IMG/VR virus record: IMGVR_UViG_3300045988_083604
Coordinates: 35,147-99,146 of that record
Length of the DNA stretch: 64,000 nt
Reading direction: 5' to 3' (one strand)
Source of the DNA: a virus
A program made the translations under genes and the position numbers. This document shows positions 41,602 to 52,190 of this stretch, piece after piece. Positions within the stretch are counted from its first letter, which is position 1; each line of letters opens with the position of its first letter. The notes beneath the pieces are model-generated. The model was not told the DNA's origin. It made no database searches and worked only from the letters and a program-made list of their open reading frames with translations.

Positions 41602-42482
41602 GATATTGTAAATTTAAATGTTGTCTAATCTAATTTCTAATATGACCTGTAACAATATTTATAATCAGATCTTGTAAACTGTTTTATAGGTTGTTCCTGG
41701 CCAACTATAGTAAAACTATTGATCTTAGTATTACTAAATATCCATAAATATGCCCAATCACCAGTTGTATTTGTTATAGAATGTTCTCCAATAAGTGTAG
41801 TTTTACTGTCAAGTAAAGATGTATCCACATCTTGTACTTCTTCTACAGCTTGGAATCCAATACAATGATTAGATGTATCTTGTGTTTCTCCAAGATTTAT
41901 TATAATGTTACCACTATCTGAATCAGAATCTTCTGACAATTCAAATATTGTACCATAATCTATTGTATAAGTATGTAGATTTTTCTTACACCAACCGTCT
42001 TCATATGTTGTCATAACAACAATCATTTTATAAATACCGCATCTCTATTGACAAGCTGGGAAATATGCAGCTATTTGATTCTGTTCTTTTTCTATTGTAA
42101 ATGGGGCCATATATTCTTTACATTTATGCTCACAACAACAATGACAACAATCGTCAAACTTTTTAGGGTTTATGCCAAAACCATTGTAATTAGGCCAAAT
42201 ATGATAATCATGAAAATTATCCATACATACAGCATATTCACATTTGTTATATGACGGATTTACATTATATTCAAACTTACCACAACCATGCACTGTATAT
42301 TTGGTAGGCTCATAAAACTACGGAAACGGTTCTTTTGGAAAACGTTTTACACAATAATGTGTTTCAGAAGAATTATTTACAAAATACACACGCAACTGTT
42401 TCATATTGACAGTGTCTGTAGAGGCAGGACCCTTAATTGTAAATATAACTTTAATATCGTTTCCTGTTCTTATTTTTTTCAT
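41598..42482 (-). CDS. hypothetical appendage protein (~294 aa) with Cys/His-rich segment
   Basis: ORFs 41637..42026 and 42045..42293 are the same frame joined by TAG; MKKIRTGNDIKVIFTIKG..DDCCHCCCEHKCKEY..; TGA overlaps next ATG. Confidence 0.6.
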
Positions 42483-42501
42483 AATAGTGTGTATTAAACA
42501 T

Positions 42502-42532
42502 TAAAAGGGGCTCTTAAAAAGAGTCCCAAGTA
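42502..42532 (-). terminator. rho-independent terminator
   Basis: Minus strand GGGACTCTTTTTAAGAGCCCCTTTT. Confidence 0.65.
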
Positions 42533-42546
42533 ATGTAAGTTAATAA

Positions 42547-43683
42547 TTAAGCCTGTACCTTAGCTACTTTAGAAATAAAGCTTTTAATATCTTCAAGTGC
42601 TTTACCAGAACCTGATGTACGTTCTACTGAAGTTTCAAGAGAACCTGTAACGTCATAAATCTCAACACATTCCTTTGTACGACGAATCTGATCGTCAGCA
42701 GCATGATAATGATTCTCAAACATGATAGTGATACCATCGTAATTCTTCGTGATATCGGTCATCATATCCGGCTTGATGATTGGCCATGTACATTCACCAC
42801 GGTTCAAAATACCCTGATAACCCATAGCCTGTGATTCACGATCACGTACAAGCTTACCGCTTGTTGTAGGCCATACACCAGGAGTCTTTGAAATTACGAG
42901 TCCTGTAATAGAATACTTATTCTTAGAAGCAAATGCAGGAGCCGTAGGATCTGTATAATAAGCGTTTACACTAAAACGTACCTTATTAGCCCAGTTCAGA
43001 CTATCGTTTGTATCATCGTCATCATAAGACATTGCTTCAAGGATAACCTTCATATTATTCTCCTCATCGACCTTAGCGTAAACACGAGCTCTCTTATACT
43101 GAGTATTGATCTGTTTTACAATAGCTGCAGCAATGGTGATAGCTGTATCATTTGGTACTGTTACGTACTCATAAGACTCCGTCCACTTACGATAACGTGT
43201 AGGCATATCCTTGAATGTAAGACGAATAATAATTCTACGATTTCCTTTACCAAACTCTGTTTCAAGAGCCGACTTAGCAAGCTTAGAAAAATCAAGAGTT
43301 ACCTTGTCTTCAGTCTGACCAGCTGTAGGATACTTAGTAGCGACAAAAGATGTGATGTCTGCACTCTTAATATTGTTAGACCACTTGATTATAGGTTTGT
43401 AAGCTACTGCACCACTTTTGTGATCAACTACTGTTGTATACTTATTTGTAATAATACCGATACGGAATTTTGTAACGTATTCTTTGTCTACCAAATCAGC
43501 AGAGTATCTATCTGCCGTTTCAAGCTGACCGAAGTTACCTTCCGTCTTCATAATTACAAATTTACCTATGGCTTCATTACTCAAAACTTCCTGTTTTGTT
43601 GCAAATGCCTTCTCAACATCAGCCTTTGCAGCCAACTCTGCACCTTTTGTACTTACAAGTACTGTATTTACATATGTAATCAT
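42547..43683 (-). CDS. abundant structural protein candidate
   Basis: 378-aa ORF without internal TAG; located between tail appendage genes and neck/head genes; domain homology not verified. Confidence 0.65.
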   Translation of the reverse strand: MITYVNTVLVSTKGAELAAKADVEKAFATKQEVLSNEAIGKFVIMKTEGNFGQLETADRYSADLVDKEYVTKFRIGIITNKYTTVVDHKSGAVAYKPIIKWSNNIKSADITSFVATKYPTAGQTEDKVTLDFSKLAKSALETEFGKGNRRIIIRLTFKDMPTRYRKWTESYEYVTVPNDTAITIAAAIVKQINTQYKRARVYAKVDEENNMKVILEAMSYDDDDTNDSLNWANKVRFSVNAYYTDPTAPAFASKNKYSITGLVISKTPGVWPTTSGKLVRDRESQAMGYQGILNRGECTWPIIKPDMMTDITKNYDGITIMFENHYHAADDQIRRTKECVEIYDVTGSLETSVERTSGSGKALEDIKSFISKVAKVQA

Positions 43684-43761
43684 AATTTATATATTTAATT
43701 TTTTCTACTCCCTCTATTTATATAATACTAGACCTAACTAGTTGAGGTTTCCACGTTAAAA

Positions 43762-44457
43762 TTATTCTTGAGTATTCACTTCATTTGTAATGGTTTCATA
43801 ACGTTTATCTTGCTGATTTTCGATATACATCTATGCAGCAATTTTAATTATTTCATACATTACATTGTCATCGAAATCCGTATACTCAACAACCGGATTT
43901 TCAAGAGAAATCTTATTAGGGGTTCTTAAATAACCTATCTTATAAGATTGTATTTTATATTTCTTATCTGTTAATAACTAACAACCGTCGACAATTCTAA
44001 TTCTAAGAGGTCTTGCTTTATGTCGTGTATAATGAAAATCTGTCAAAGAATTATTTATTCTATGCATATAACTATCTCTAGTACATTCAAATACATGAGT
44101 GTTCATTAAATGCTCATTTGACAAATTTGAAATAACAACATCTTCATTTAAAATGTATAAAAAATCTGACGGATAATTCACCTAATATGAATCATAATCA
44201 GAATTGGAATTTGAAGTTAAAAAATCGCCTTTTCCATATTCTTGTTCTTTATACAAATTAATAAGATCCTCTCTTCGTTTTTCAGTTTGTTCAAAAGATG
44301 TTTTATGTATTAAGTCTCCATTAAATCTAAGCTTTACAAACTTAGAAACAGCCTGGTTCAACCAATACATAGAATCATCTGTGTTCGGCTTATTAACAGC
44401 ATCATTTATCTTATTTATCTCTGTTTCAAAAGAAACTAATATATTTAATGGTGTCAT
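43762..44457 (-). CDS. head-tail connector/neck protein candidate
   Basis: ORFs 44182 and 43978 in frame through TAG; MTPLNILVSFETEINKINDAVNKP.. Confidence 0.5.
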
Positions 44458-45242
44458 TGTTCAGTCTGTTCTTGTTGTTTTTGCTATTGTGGTTGTTTCT
44501 TATTACCACTAAGCAATAAAAATTTATATTGACTTATATACATCTAAACAGCCCCATCTACAATATCATTAAAAGCAGAAAACGGTAATGAACAAGTACT
44601 ATGTATAGCACCTTCTGACATGTCTTCATCATCGTAATTCTATAGATTAAATCTATAAGGGTATGCATAATACACCAAATCTACTGATTTTATAACTGTA
44701 TAATTATCGTGTATTATTTTTATACAAGAATCATTATTTATAGTACTTTCAAATACTACAAAAGGATATCTTATAATATTACCACTATTAACATAAGAAG
44801 TCATAATATTAGCAACATCTTCCTACTTTATCAATTGATTTGGTGCAGTATTGGTAGATGGTTTTATGATACCACTTGTTCTAGGATTCTTATAATTATA
44901 AGGCATAGAACTCGTAGATCTGATATATCTGTAATAATCAGATGGTTTTTGAATTGTTGTACAAATATCCATACTATCCAAATCTGATATACTACTTGTA
45001 CGCAAATTCTTATGTCTAACTAATGATTTTAACATTTCCACTGCTTTGATTGCAGGTCCTGTTCCGTTTTCCAATTTATCTTTTGCGAGAATCAAACCGT
45101 CGACATATTTCAACACATACTCACTTAAAAATGAATATATTGTATCTGTATCCAACTTTTCTTCGTTTGCAAAAGATGGATATATTTCTATTATTCGCCT
45201 TTCGAATTCTATGGCGAGTTGTCTTGTCTATTCTCGTGTCAT
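44454..45242 (-). CDS. head-tail connector/neck protein candidate
   Basis: MTRE(Q)TRQLAIEFERRIIEISPSFANEEKLDTDTIYSFLSEYVLKYVDGLI..; recoded. Confidence 0.5.
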
Positions 45243-45904
45243 GATTCAAAACTGTTTAATGAAGCTTTCGTAGAAAGTCTTGGTGATTCAACTATTTCTG
45301 CAGACATTATAATTGCCATATTTATAACTTCTTCGGCAACATGGTCTGGCAGTTCAAATAAAGTATCATCTGTATTACCTACAAACTTCTCAGGTTTTTT
45401 AATATAAGTACATCTGAATTCTTTTAAATCATCTAAAGTATGCATATACGGATCGAATAACAAATGTATTTTCTAACCTCTTATATATATAACTGGATTT
45501 GGGATCCAAGGTATATTTGTAGAAGTTTGTTTAAATTTACGAGCAATGTCATTACTTACAAGTTGTACCATTTCTCTAGTATCTGGGGATACAAGTTGTT
45601 CTCCTTGAATGAAAAACAACATAGCTGTTGGAATATTGTAAGTAACTTCATTAAAGTCTTTTGGTCCTACTCTGATCAAAGCATCTGTCTATATCAAAGC
45701 TCTGATATCTTCAATTGCTTTATTATCACCTTCAAACCCAACTCTTCTCGTATTATTACCAGTAAATTTATTTGAAACAACAGCTAAATACGCTTTGTCT
45801 AAAATTGTTAGTATTTCATAATCAGTAAGCGACGGATATGACGATGTAGTGGTCATCTTGTCATATTCTATCAAAAATTTAGTTTTTATATCACCATGCG
45901 TCAT
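45239..45904 (-). CDS. head-tail connector protein candidate
   Basis: Three ORF pieces (45239,45473,45689) in one frame joined through TAG; MTHGDIKTKFLIEYDKMTTTSSYPSLTDYEILTILDKAY.. Confidence 0.55.
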
Positions 45905-45920
45905 ACGTCGGATTATTTAA

Positions 45921-46673
45921 TTATTTACTTTCTACTTGGTTTATAATCGAAAGTTTAAGGTCTTGATTTTTCTTTGCATCAAGATAAGCGATAGCATTTT
46001 GTTTAGAATCTGCAAACAACTCACTACCATAATAATAATGAGTTTTATCTTTGCGGATAACACCTTTTGCAATAGCACTCTCAAGCAAGAATTCTGTCTC
46101 CTTTGATTTATTGTTTATCCAAACGTCAAAGAACTTCTTAGGATTCTTATCAACAAGACCAAACAACGTAGATTCAACAAGCTCATTTGATAATGTATCT
46201 GACTTGAGACCAAACAAACGCAAACATTTACGCATCTGATCCAATGACAGTTTGTCGAATTCTTTGATAGCATCTCTACGCATCTTATTAATCTTGTTCT
46301 GCTCAATAGCCTCTGCCTGCTTATTGATTAAGAGATAATCCTTACTAGCTGCAAGTTTATCCAAAGATGTAGCAACACGCTTATGACCTGTCAAGAACTT
46401 AATAATCATCTCCTGTCTAGGATATGTATCATCAAGTAACAATGGTCTAGAACCAATCTTTACTACAAAGTTCTCCCAATAAGGACTACTCTTAGCAAGA
46501 GTTCCTTCTGCAAGACCTAGAACTTTCTCATAATGTTTCTCATCTTCTGGGGTGAGACCCGTATATATCGACCCGGAACGAGTAAGGTAGGGTGCAATAT
46601 AGTCAAAACATGACTTATATTTAATTAAACCCGCCCAGGGATTTTTCTTCATTATTTTTAATTCAACTACCAT
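45921..46673 (-). CDS. conserved crAss-like head-associated protein
   Basis: 250-aa ORF without TAG, directly downstream of MCP. Confidence 0.6.
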   Translation of the reverse strand: MVVELKIMKKNPWAGLIKYKSCFDYIAPYLTRSGSIYTGLTPEDEKHYEKVLGLAEGTLAKSSPYWENFVVKIGSRPLLLDDTYPRQEMIIKFLTGHKRVATSLDKLAASKDYLLINKQAEAIEQNKINKMRRDAIKEFDKLSLDQMRKCLRLFGLKSDTLSNELVESTLFGLVDKNPKKFFDVWINNKSKETEFLLESAIAKGVIRKDKTHYYYGSELFADSKQNAIAYLDAKKNQDLKLSIINQVESK

Positions 46674-46751
46674 AATTTAAAATTAGTATGTTGTAACGTC
46701 GGACATTGGGGATAAATCCCCAACTCGATCGTTAATTATTATATATTGTTA

Positions 46752-49700
46752 TTAGGCTGCTACGTTATAAGCACCTTCATTCGTAATGTCTGTATCCTCA
46801 GCATCACAGTACAGAATACCACAAGACAGCGGGTTACGAAGCATAATACCCTCCTCACCGAGGAAGTGAACCTGGTAACCATCACGGCTATTAGAACGTA
46901 CTGTATTAATACTATTGCTATATCCAGCTGGAGTTACAGAACCTGCTGTACACCACTGTACAAACTCACGACCCTTACGACAAACCTTAACAACGTTTGC
47001 CTGACCATCACGCTGACCAAGATCAACAAACAAGAATGTGTATGACATCAATGGTTTACCTGTAATTGGATGCAACTGACGGAACATTTCCATATTATCA
47101 AACAGAGCACAACGCTTAACTGTAAGCTCAATACCGTTAGTCATCTTATATGTAGTAAACTGACCACCAAGTGTCAACTCCTGACCAGAACCAGTAATAA
47201 ACTTAGTATCGATAAGCTGGAATCCAGCTGCCTTCTCACGAAGTACACGGTCGAACTCTCTAATCGTTTATGTTTATTTAGTTCGCTAAACTAAATCTCT
47301 TTCGAGCCCTTATTTTCATAAGGGACCAGACTATATCTTCATCCTAATTGGATGTCTACCATATCGGATTCGCTTGAATCCTACTCCTTATCGGATAGTC
47401 GTTGAACATTACATTTACATTTCTATGTAGTTATTTTATAACCTTTCATAGATCCACTTGGAACAACCATGTCTTTGTTACCATATCTGTTTATCATTGT
47501 ACACAGACATGATTTTTTAATATTAAATACTCTACTAGCATTTTCTAGTCCCAATAGAGTAAAAGAATCATTATTTTTACTAAATGTAACAAGAGTTTTT
47601 ATAACGCATGTTAAACCGTTATCATAAGCACGTTTTTTATTTTCTTCCCTTGTACACCATTCTAGATTTGAAATACTATTATTTAATTTATTACAATCTA
47701 AATGATCTATAGTTTCATAATGATTTGGGTTTTGAATATATTGATCTGCTAGTACCTCGTGTACTAATCTACGTTTCCAATCTACATTATATCTCATATA
47801 ACCATTTTTAACCGTTGTCGATACAAACTTTCCAGATTTTGTATTGAATAACGTTCCATTTTTATTTATAAGATAATCATCGTGATTTTTTACTTTATCA
47901 AACTATGTTAGATCCAAATCACAAAATGTAGAATCTATAATTTTTTGTACTGGTATAGCGTATTCTTTATTGTTTATTCCAACAAGAGTAACTTTACCGT
48001 CAATGTTTTTTACTAATTTTTTAGTATATCTATCATAAACATTACCATCTATATAGATAATATATCGATATTCAAAACCTCTACATGGTTTATGTAAAGT
48101 CTTTGCTGCTGATTTTCTATCGAACATCTATGTATTCGTCATAATATTTTTAATCTAAGTTAATTATTTTAATAGAGTTTCCAGCAATTAAATAGATTTG
48201 CTATATAATATTACTATTATAAGGGGCTAGAAATTAACCCATTTCTCCTGTCAAAGCGATAAACTTACGCTCCTGTGTACCAAGAATATTGTAGCACAGA
48301 TCGAACAGATAATCCTCAAGCAACTCAGCTGTCAAATGTGTATAATAACGTACATTAGCTGGACTAATCTGCTCAAACAAACCTGCACTAATCGGAACCA
48401 TTAAATATTCAGAACAGTTCGCAACAACTGTTCCCGCTCCTCTTTTGACATTTTGAGGAACTGCTCATCATTTCTGATGAGATTAGACCATATCAAAACC
48501 CTCGACTTAAAATCGTCGGTCGGGTTGCTTCCATTTCGAGTGGCTTCACCCTACTCCTACGCCTAGGATGGTCGTTGAACCTTTCTGACATTTTCTCTTT
48601 CTATTATCCATCCTGCAAATCTACCTTGCTTAACAATCTGTCCAGTATTCGCATATTTTATTATTGTTCCTACCTAATAAGATCCTCCGAAATATTTGCA
48701 TACTTTATTTGCATTATCGAATTGCAATATTTCGCCAGTCGCAGCGTTGATGAATTTATATTTGTACCAATCTCTGTTCCCAGCTTCAAATGCATGTTGT
48801 GTATTCTATTTTGGAGTGACCCATCGTAGATTCTCAACACAGTTGTCAGTTCTGTTGCAATTTATATGATCAACTTGTGTAAGATTTTCAGGATCTTTAT
48901 TTTCTATAAATGCTAAAGCAACTAAGCGGTGAACCATAAATTTTTTATTCCGCTCACCAAAATTAACTTTAACTCTCATATAACCACCTTTTGAAAAATA
49001 CGGTTTCATAAATCCTTGTAGATATTCCGACCATATTCTTCCATCATTAGTCACTTTGTATTTTGTTTCATAGCCGTTTAAATCTATAGGAAACGGTTTA
49101 AATATTATGTCAGACTTGGCTGCTGATTGTCTATTCATTTTTATATCCATATAATGATTAATATAAACTTAATTATACTTATATTTAGAGTTTCCAGCAA
49201 TTAAGAAGCTTAAACGCATAAGGATTACGCCTTATGTGCCCATTCCATTGAAATTTTCAATGTGAAAAATTTAGGACGTCCATTTTTACCCTTAAGAGCA
49301 TATGTACCATCAGCATTACGGTTAGAACGAGAGAACAGAAGGAACTTCTCCTCACGACGCTTCCACTCACGGAGAGCCAACCAATACTGATAATCAGACC
49401 ACAAATAAGAAGTCTTACCTGTCTCAGGATCCTTCAATGCAATAGCGAGTACTGTAGAATAAGCATCACCTGTAATATCGTAAGAAAGACGAAGAGTTGT
49501 AAGATTATTACGCATCTTAAATGGAGTCTGATAACTGATGATATCTGCCTCATCACTGTACTCCTCGTATGCAGAACCAATACGACTTACCTGACGACCA
49601 GGAAGAAGGAACTCACCAGGAATATATGCGCCTGCAAAACCATCTGCTACATAACACTCATATACCCATGTAGAACCATCCTGATAAGGTACACCATTTA

Positions 49701-50995
49701 CACGTACCTGATAGTTTACGTTATCGAATGCAAGCACTGCACCTGGCTTTTTATTCATCCGGAGTCGCTAATTCCGAATCGCTAGCTATCTTGCATTCAC
49801 TAGCTGCTTCATCTTTCGATGAAGAATTGACTATATCACAATCCTTTTCTTCTAAAAAGGATTTCCAGTACTTCGGGTCGCTTGACCCTACACCGTCATT
49901 AGCGGTTAGTCGATGAACCTTCAAATTTACTTTATCTATACGCAAACCTTTTAACATTCCACTTTTTATATAATCACCTGTGTTTGCGTGTTTTTGTATT
50001 ATATCATACGTATACCCACTTATTTTACATTGTTTCCTAAGTGTTCTGAAACCTAATATTATAAACTATTTACCATTATAAACATTTGTAAACATATAAC
50101 CAACTTGTGGACCATCTTTTGTACGGATTGGTGGTGTTGTACAAGTTGATTTGAATAAATGATTGGTTTTAGCATGTTCTATATTTTCTTCTGCAGTCAC
50201 CCATTCTAAGTTTGACAAATAGTTATTTAATTTATTTCCATCTATATGATTAACTTGTTCTTTATTTTCCGGATTTTCCAAAAACGTCATAGCTATTAAT
50301 CTATGTACTCGATAATCATATCTTTTCTTATCTTTAATAAGTACAATATGTAAATATCCACGTTTACTTTTTGAAGGTGATAAAAACTTATTTGTATAAT
50401 AAGACCATATCTATCCTTTTGTGTCACAAGCATATAAGCCTTCAAAACCCGGTATGTCTTTTATCTAGTAAATTTGCTCGGCTGCTGATTGTCCATTTTT
50501 AATATTTTTCATATCTCTATAATTTTAATTGTCACTCTATGGTATAAAATTCTTTAGGATATTCCAGCAATTCTCTGGATTCTTCGATATACATTACTGT
50601 ATAAAGCGGCTCAGTATGTGCGAACCGAATGCTTTCTCCTCCAAACCAAGGTAAATAGGAGCTCCATTCAAACCTGGAGTAACAGTATTCGCGTTGTTAG
50701 AAGTAATCTCTGCACCGTCAGCCTTAGCCCAACGAATATTTACAGCCTTCTCCTGGTCAACCATTACTGACCACTCGTACTCACGATTCTCAATAGTCAT
50801 AGTCTTACCGAGACCACCAGTAATCATGTCGATAGCAGTAGATACACCATCATCCTTAGTACCAAATACCAAAGAAAGAAGACCACCGATCTCATGAGGT
50901 CTTGTAAGAAGTGCGTTTGAAATCATGTTTTCATCAACCAAATCAGAGAATTTACGACCCCTGTAAAGCTGAAGATTGTTTAAAAGTGTATTCAT
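46752..50995 (-). CDS. major capsid protein gene interrupted by three group I introns
   Basis: Exon proteins: MNTLLNNLQLYRGRKFSDLVDENMISNALLTRPHEIGG.. / ..NKKPGAVLAFDNVNYQVRVNGVPYQDGSTWVYECYVADGFAGAYIPGEFLLPGRQVSRIGSAYEE.. / ..GAGTVVANCSEYLMVPISAGLFEQISPANVRYYTHLTAELLEDYLFDLCYNILGTQERKFIALTGEMG / IREFDRVLREKAAGFQLIDTKFITGSG... Exon 3/4 junction is 48237|47265; other boundaries approximate. Confidence 0.85.
47266..48236 (-). mobile_element. group I intron III in MCP with HNH endonuclease ORF
   Basis: Core GTTCAACGACTATCC ... GAAGATATAGTCTGG (P7 pairing); ends in G; 5' exon GGGU with G-C-C-C IGS; precise frame restoration GGT|ATT AGA. Confidence 0.85.
47339..48142 (-). CDS. HNH homing endonuclease (intron III)
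   Basis: ORFs 47903 and 47423 in frame via TAG; MRYNVDWKRRLVHEVLADQYIQNPNHYETIDHLDCNKLNNSISNLEWCTREENKKRA. Confidence 0.85.
48401..49150 (-). CDS. NUMOD/HNH homing endonuclease (intron II)
   Basis: MDIKMNRQSAAKSDIIFKPFPIDLNGYETKYKVTNDGRIWSEY..VHRLVALAFIENKDPENLTQVDHINCNRTDNCVENLRWVTPK then in-frame TAG and read-through to TAA at 48401. Confidence 0.75.
48450..49235 (-). mobile_element. group I intron II in MCP with HNH ORF (ends approximate)
   Basis: Core GGTTCAACGACCATCC ... TTTTGATATGGTCTAAT; flanked by MCP coding exons. Confidence 0.8.
49750..50600 (-). mobile_element. group I intron I in MCP with HNH ORF (ends approximate)
   Basis: Core GGTTCATCGACTAACC ... TTGTGATATAGTCAATTC; separates MCP exon 1 and exon 2. 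Confidence 0.8.
49751..50512 (-). CDS. NUMOD4/HNH homing endonuclease (intron I)
   Basis: MKNIKNGQSAAEQIY(Q)IKDIPGFEGLYACDTKG(Q)IWSYY..YRVHRLIAMTFLENPENKEQVNHIDGNKLNNYLSNLEWVTAEEN; same frame as ORF 49751..49957 through TAG at 50066. Confidence 0.8.
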
Positions 50996-51023
50996 AAATT
51001 ATTTATTATTTGATTAATTGTTA

Positions 51024-52166
51024 TTATAGCCACCTTGACGCAATGTCAGCTACTGAACGTTTCTTGTCATCTATATTAAAACTACTATGATTCTTAGTCT
51101 AATATCTTAACATTTTTCTAAGTTTTTCTGCAGCAGTCGTTTGACCAGTGCGCTTGGCTTCTCCAATGAGGGCGTCGCCTTTCATAGTGAAGTACGCAGA
51201 CTCTATGAGATTTTCTGTCAAGTTTTTCTGGAAATCTCTTTGATACTGAGTGATTCCTTCTGAATCAACTTTTGTAATGTAATCAAACAATGCTTTTCTA
51301 TCTTGTTTTGGAATAGCGACACCTCTGATATTGTCTAGAGATGAAATAGTATTGTTCAAATCTGTTACAAATTGTCTAGCTTGCTCTTGTTGTGCCATTT
51401 GTTGCTTTTGCTGAAGCTGTTGCTGTTGTTGCAACTATTCTTCTTGATATATTTTTAATCTTTCAATAGCATCGTTAGCCTCATCTTCAAGCATATCAGC
51501 ATCCTCATATCTTTCTATCTTTTTATTAATCTACTCATCGGAGTAACCAGATAGTTTTAAATAATCACGAACTGCCATCTTTTGATTAGATTCATCCTCC
51601 ATATCCATATTATCATATTCAATTGTTTGAGACATTCCGTTATAGAAATCTTCAAACTTTCCACCATTCTTAACATATGCGTCAAGTTGTGCTATACGAT
51701 CGTCTGCATATTGAGGTTTAGAATTCTCAGCAACTGTATCTTCGATATAGTTGATAAGACCTTCCATTGAATCTGGTTTTTCATCGTCTGCTACATCCCA
51801 TCCTAATTCTTCAGCGAACGCGTCAAAGAATAATCTAACATTCTGTGTTTCAAGCTAATCTTCCTCGTTATCTGTTTGATTATCCTGTCCATCTGGAACA
51901 TCATCAGGATTATTATTCAAATCATCCTGATTTGGAACGGGAGTATTGTCATTATTGTCTGGATCAATTACTTGATCATCGTCTGATCCACCAACGTCGT
52001 TGGGATCATTATCGTCGTCTAAGTCGTCAATATCATCATCGATTGGTGCATTTTGTATAGTTTGGTCATCATCCATGTTAGATACAGGATCTGTCACATC
52101 GTTATCATAACCAAGCTTACTTAAAGCATTATCAAATGTTGATAGACTGTTTTTCTTTCTTGCCAT
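51024..52166 (-). CDS. conserved protein upstream of MCP, acidic then Gln-rich; scaffold-like candidate
   Basis: ORFs 51855,51531,51099 in one frame via TAG; MARKKNSLSTFDNALSKLGYDNDVTDP..DDDIDDLDDDND..LQQQQQLQQKQQMAQQEQARQF. Confidence 0.6.
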
Positions 52167-52190
52167 AATTATATATAATAATTAGTTAAA

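Noticed and set aside
41637-42293. Two separate small minus genes (129 aa and 82 aa)
   Set aside because: Same frame, separated by TAG; the joined ORF extends upstream to an ATG at 42482 and ends by TGA overlapping the next start
48401-48450. MSKEEREQLLRTVLNI frame as the true MCP exon 3 start
   Set aside because: The alternative frame gives GAGTVVANCSEYLMVPISAGLFEQISPANVRYYTH, continuous with ..KFIALTGEMG and the exon 4 junction
50040-50512. Inteins rather than introns as the interruptions in MCP
   Set aside because: No Hint N- or C-terminal splicing motifs; group I core pairing motifs present and coding frames not continuous
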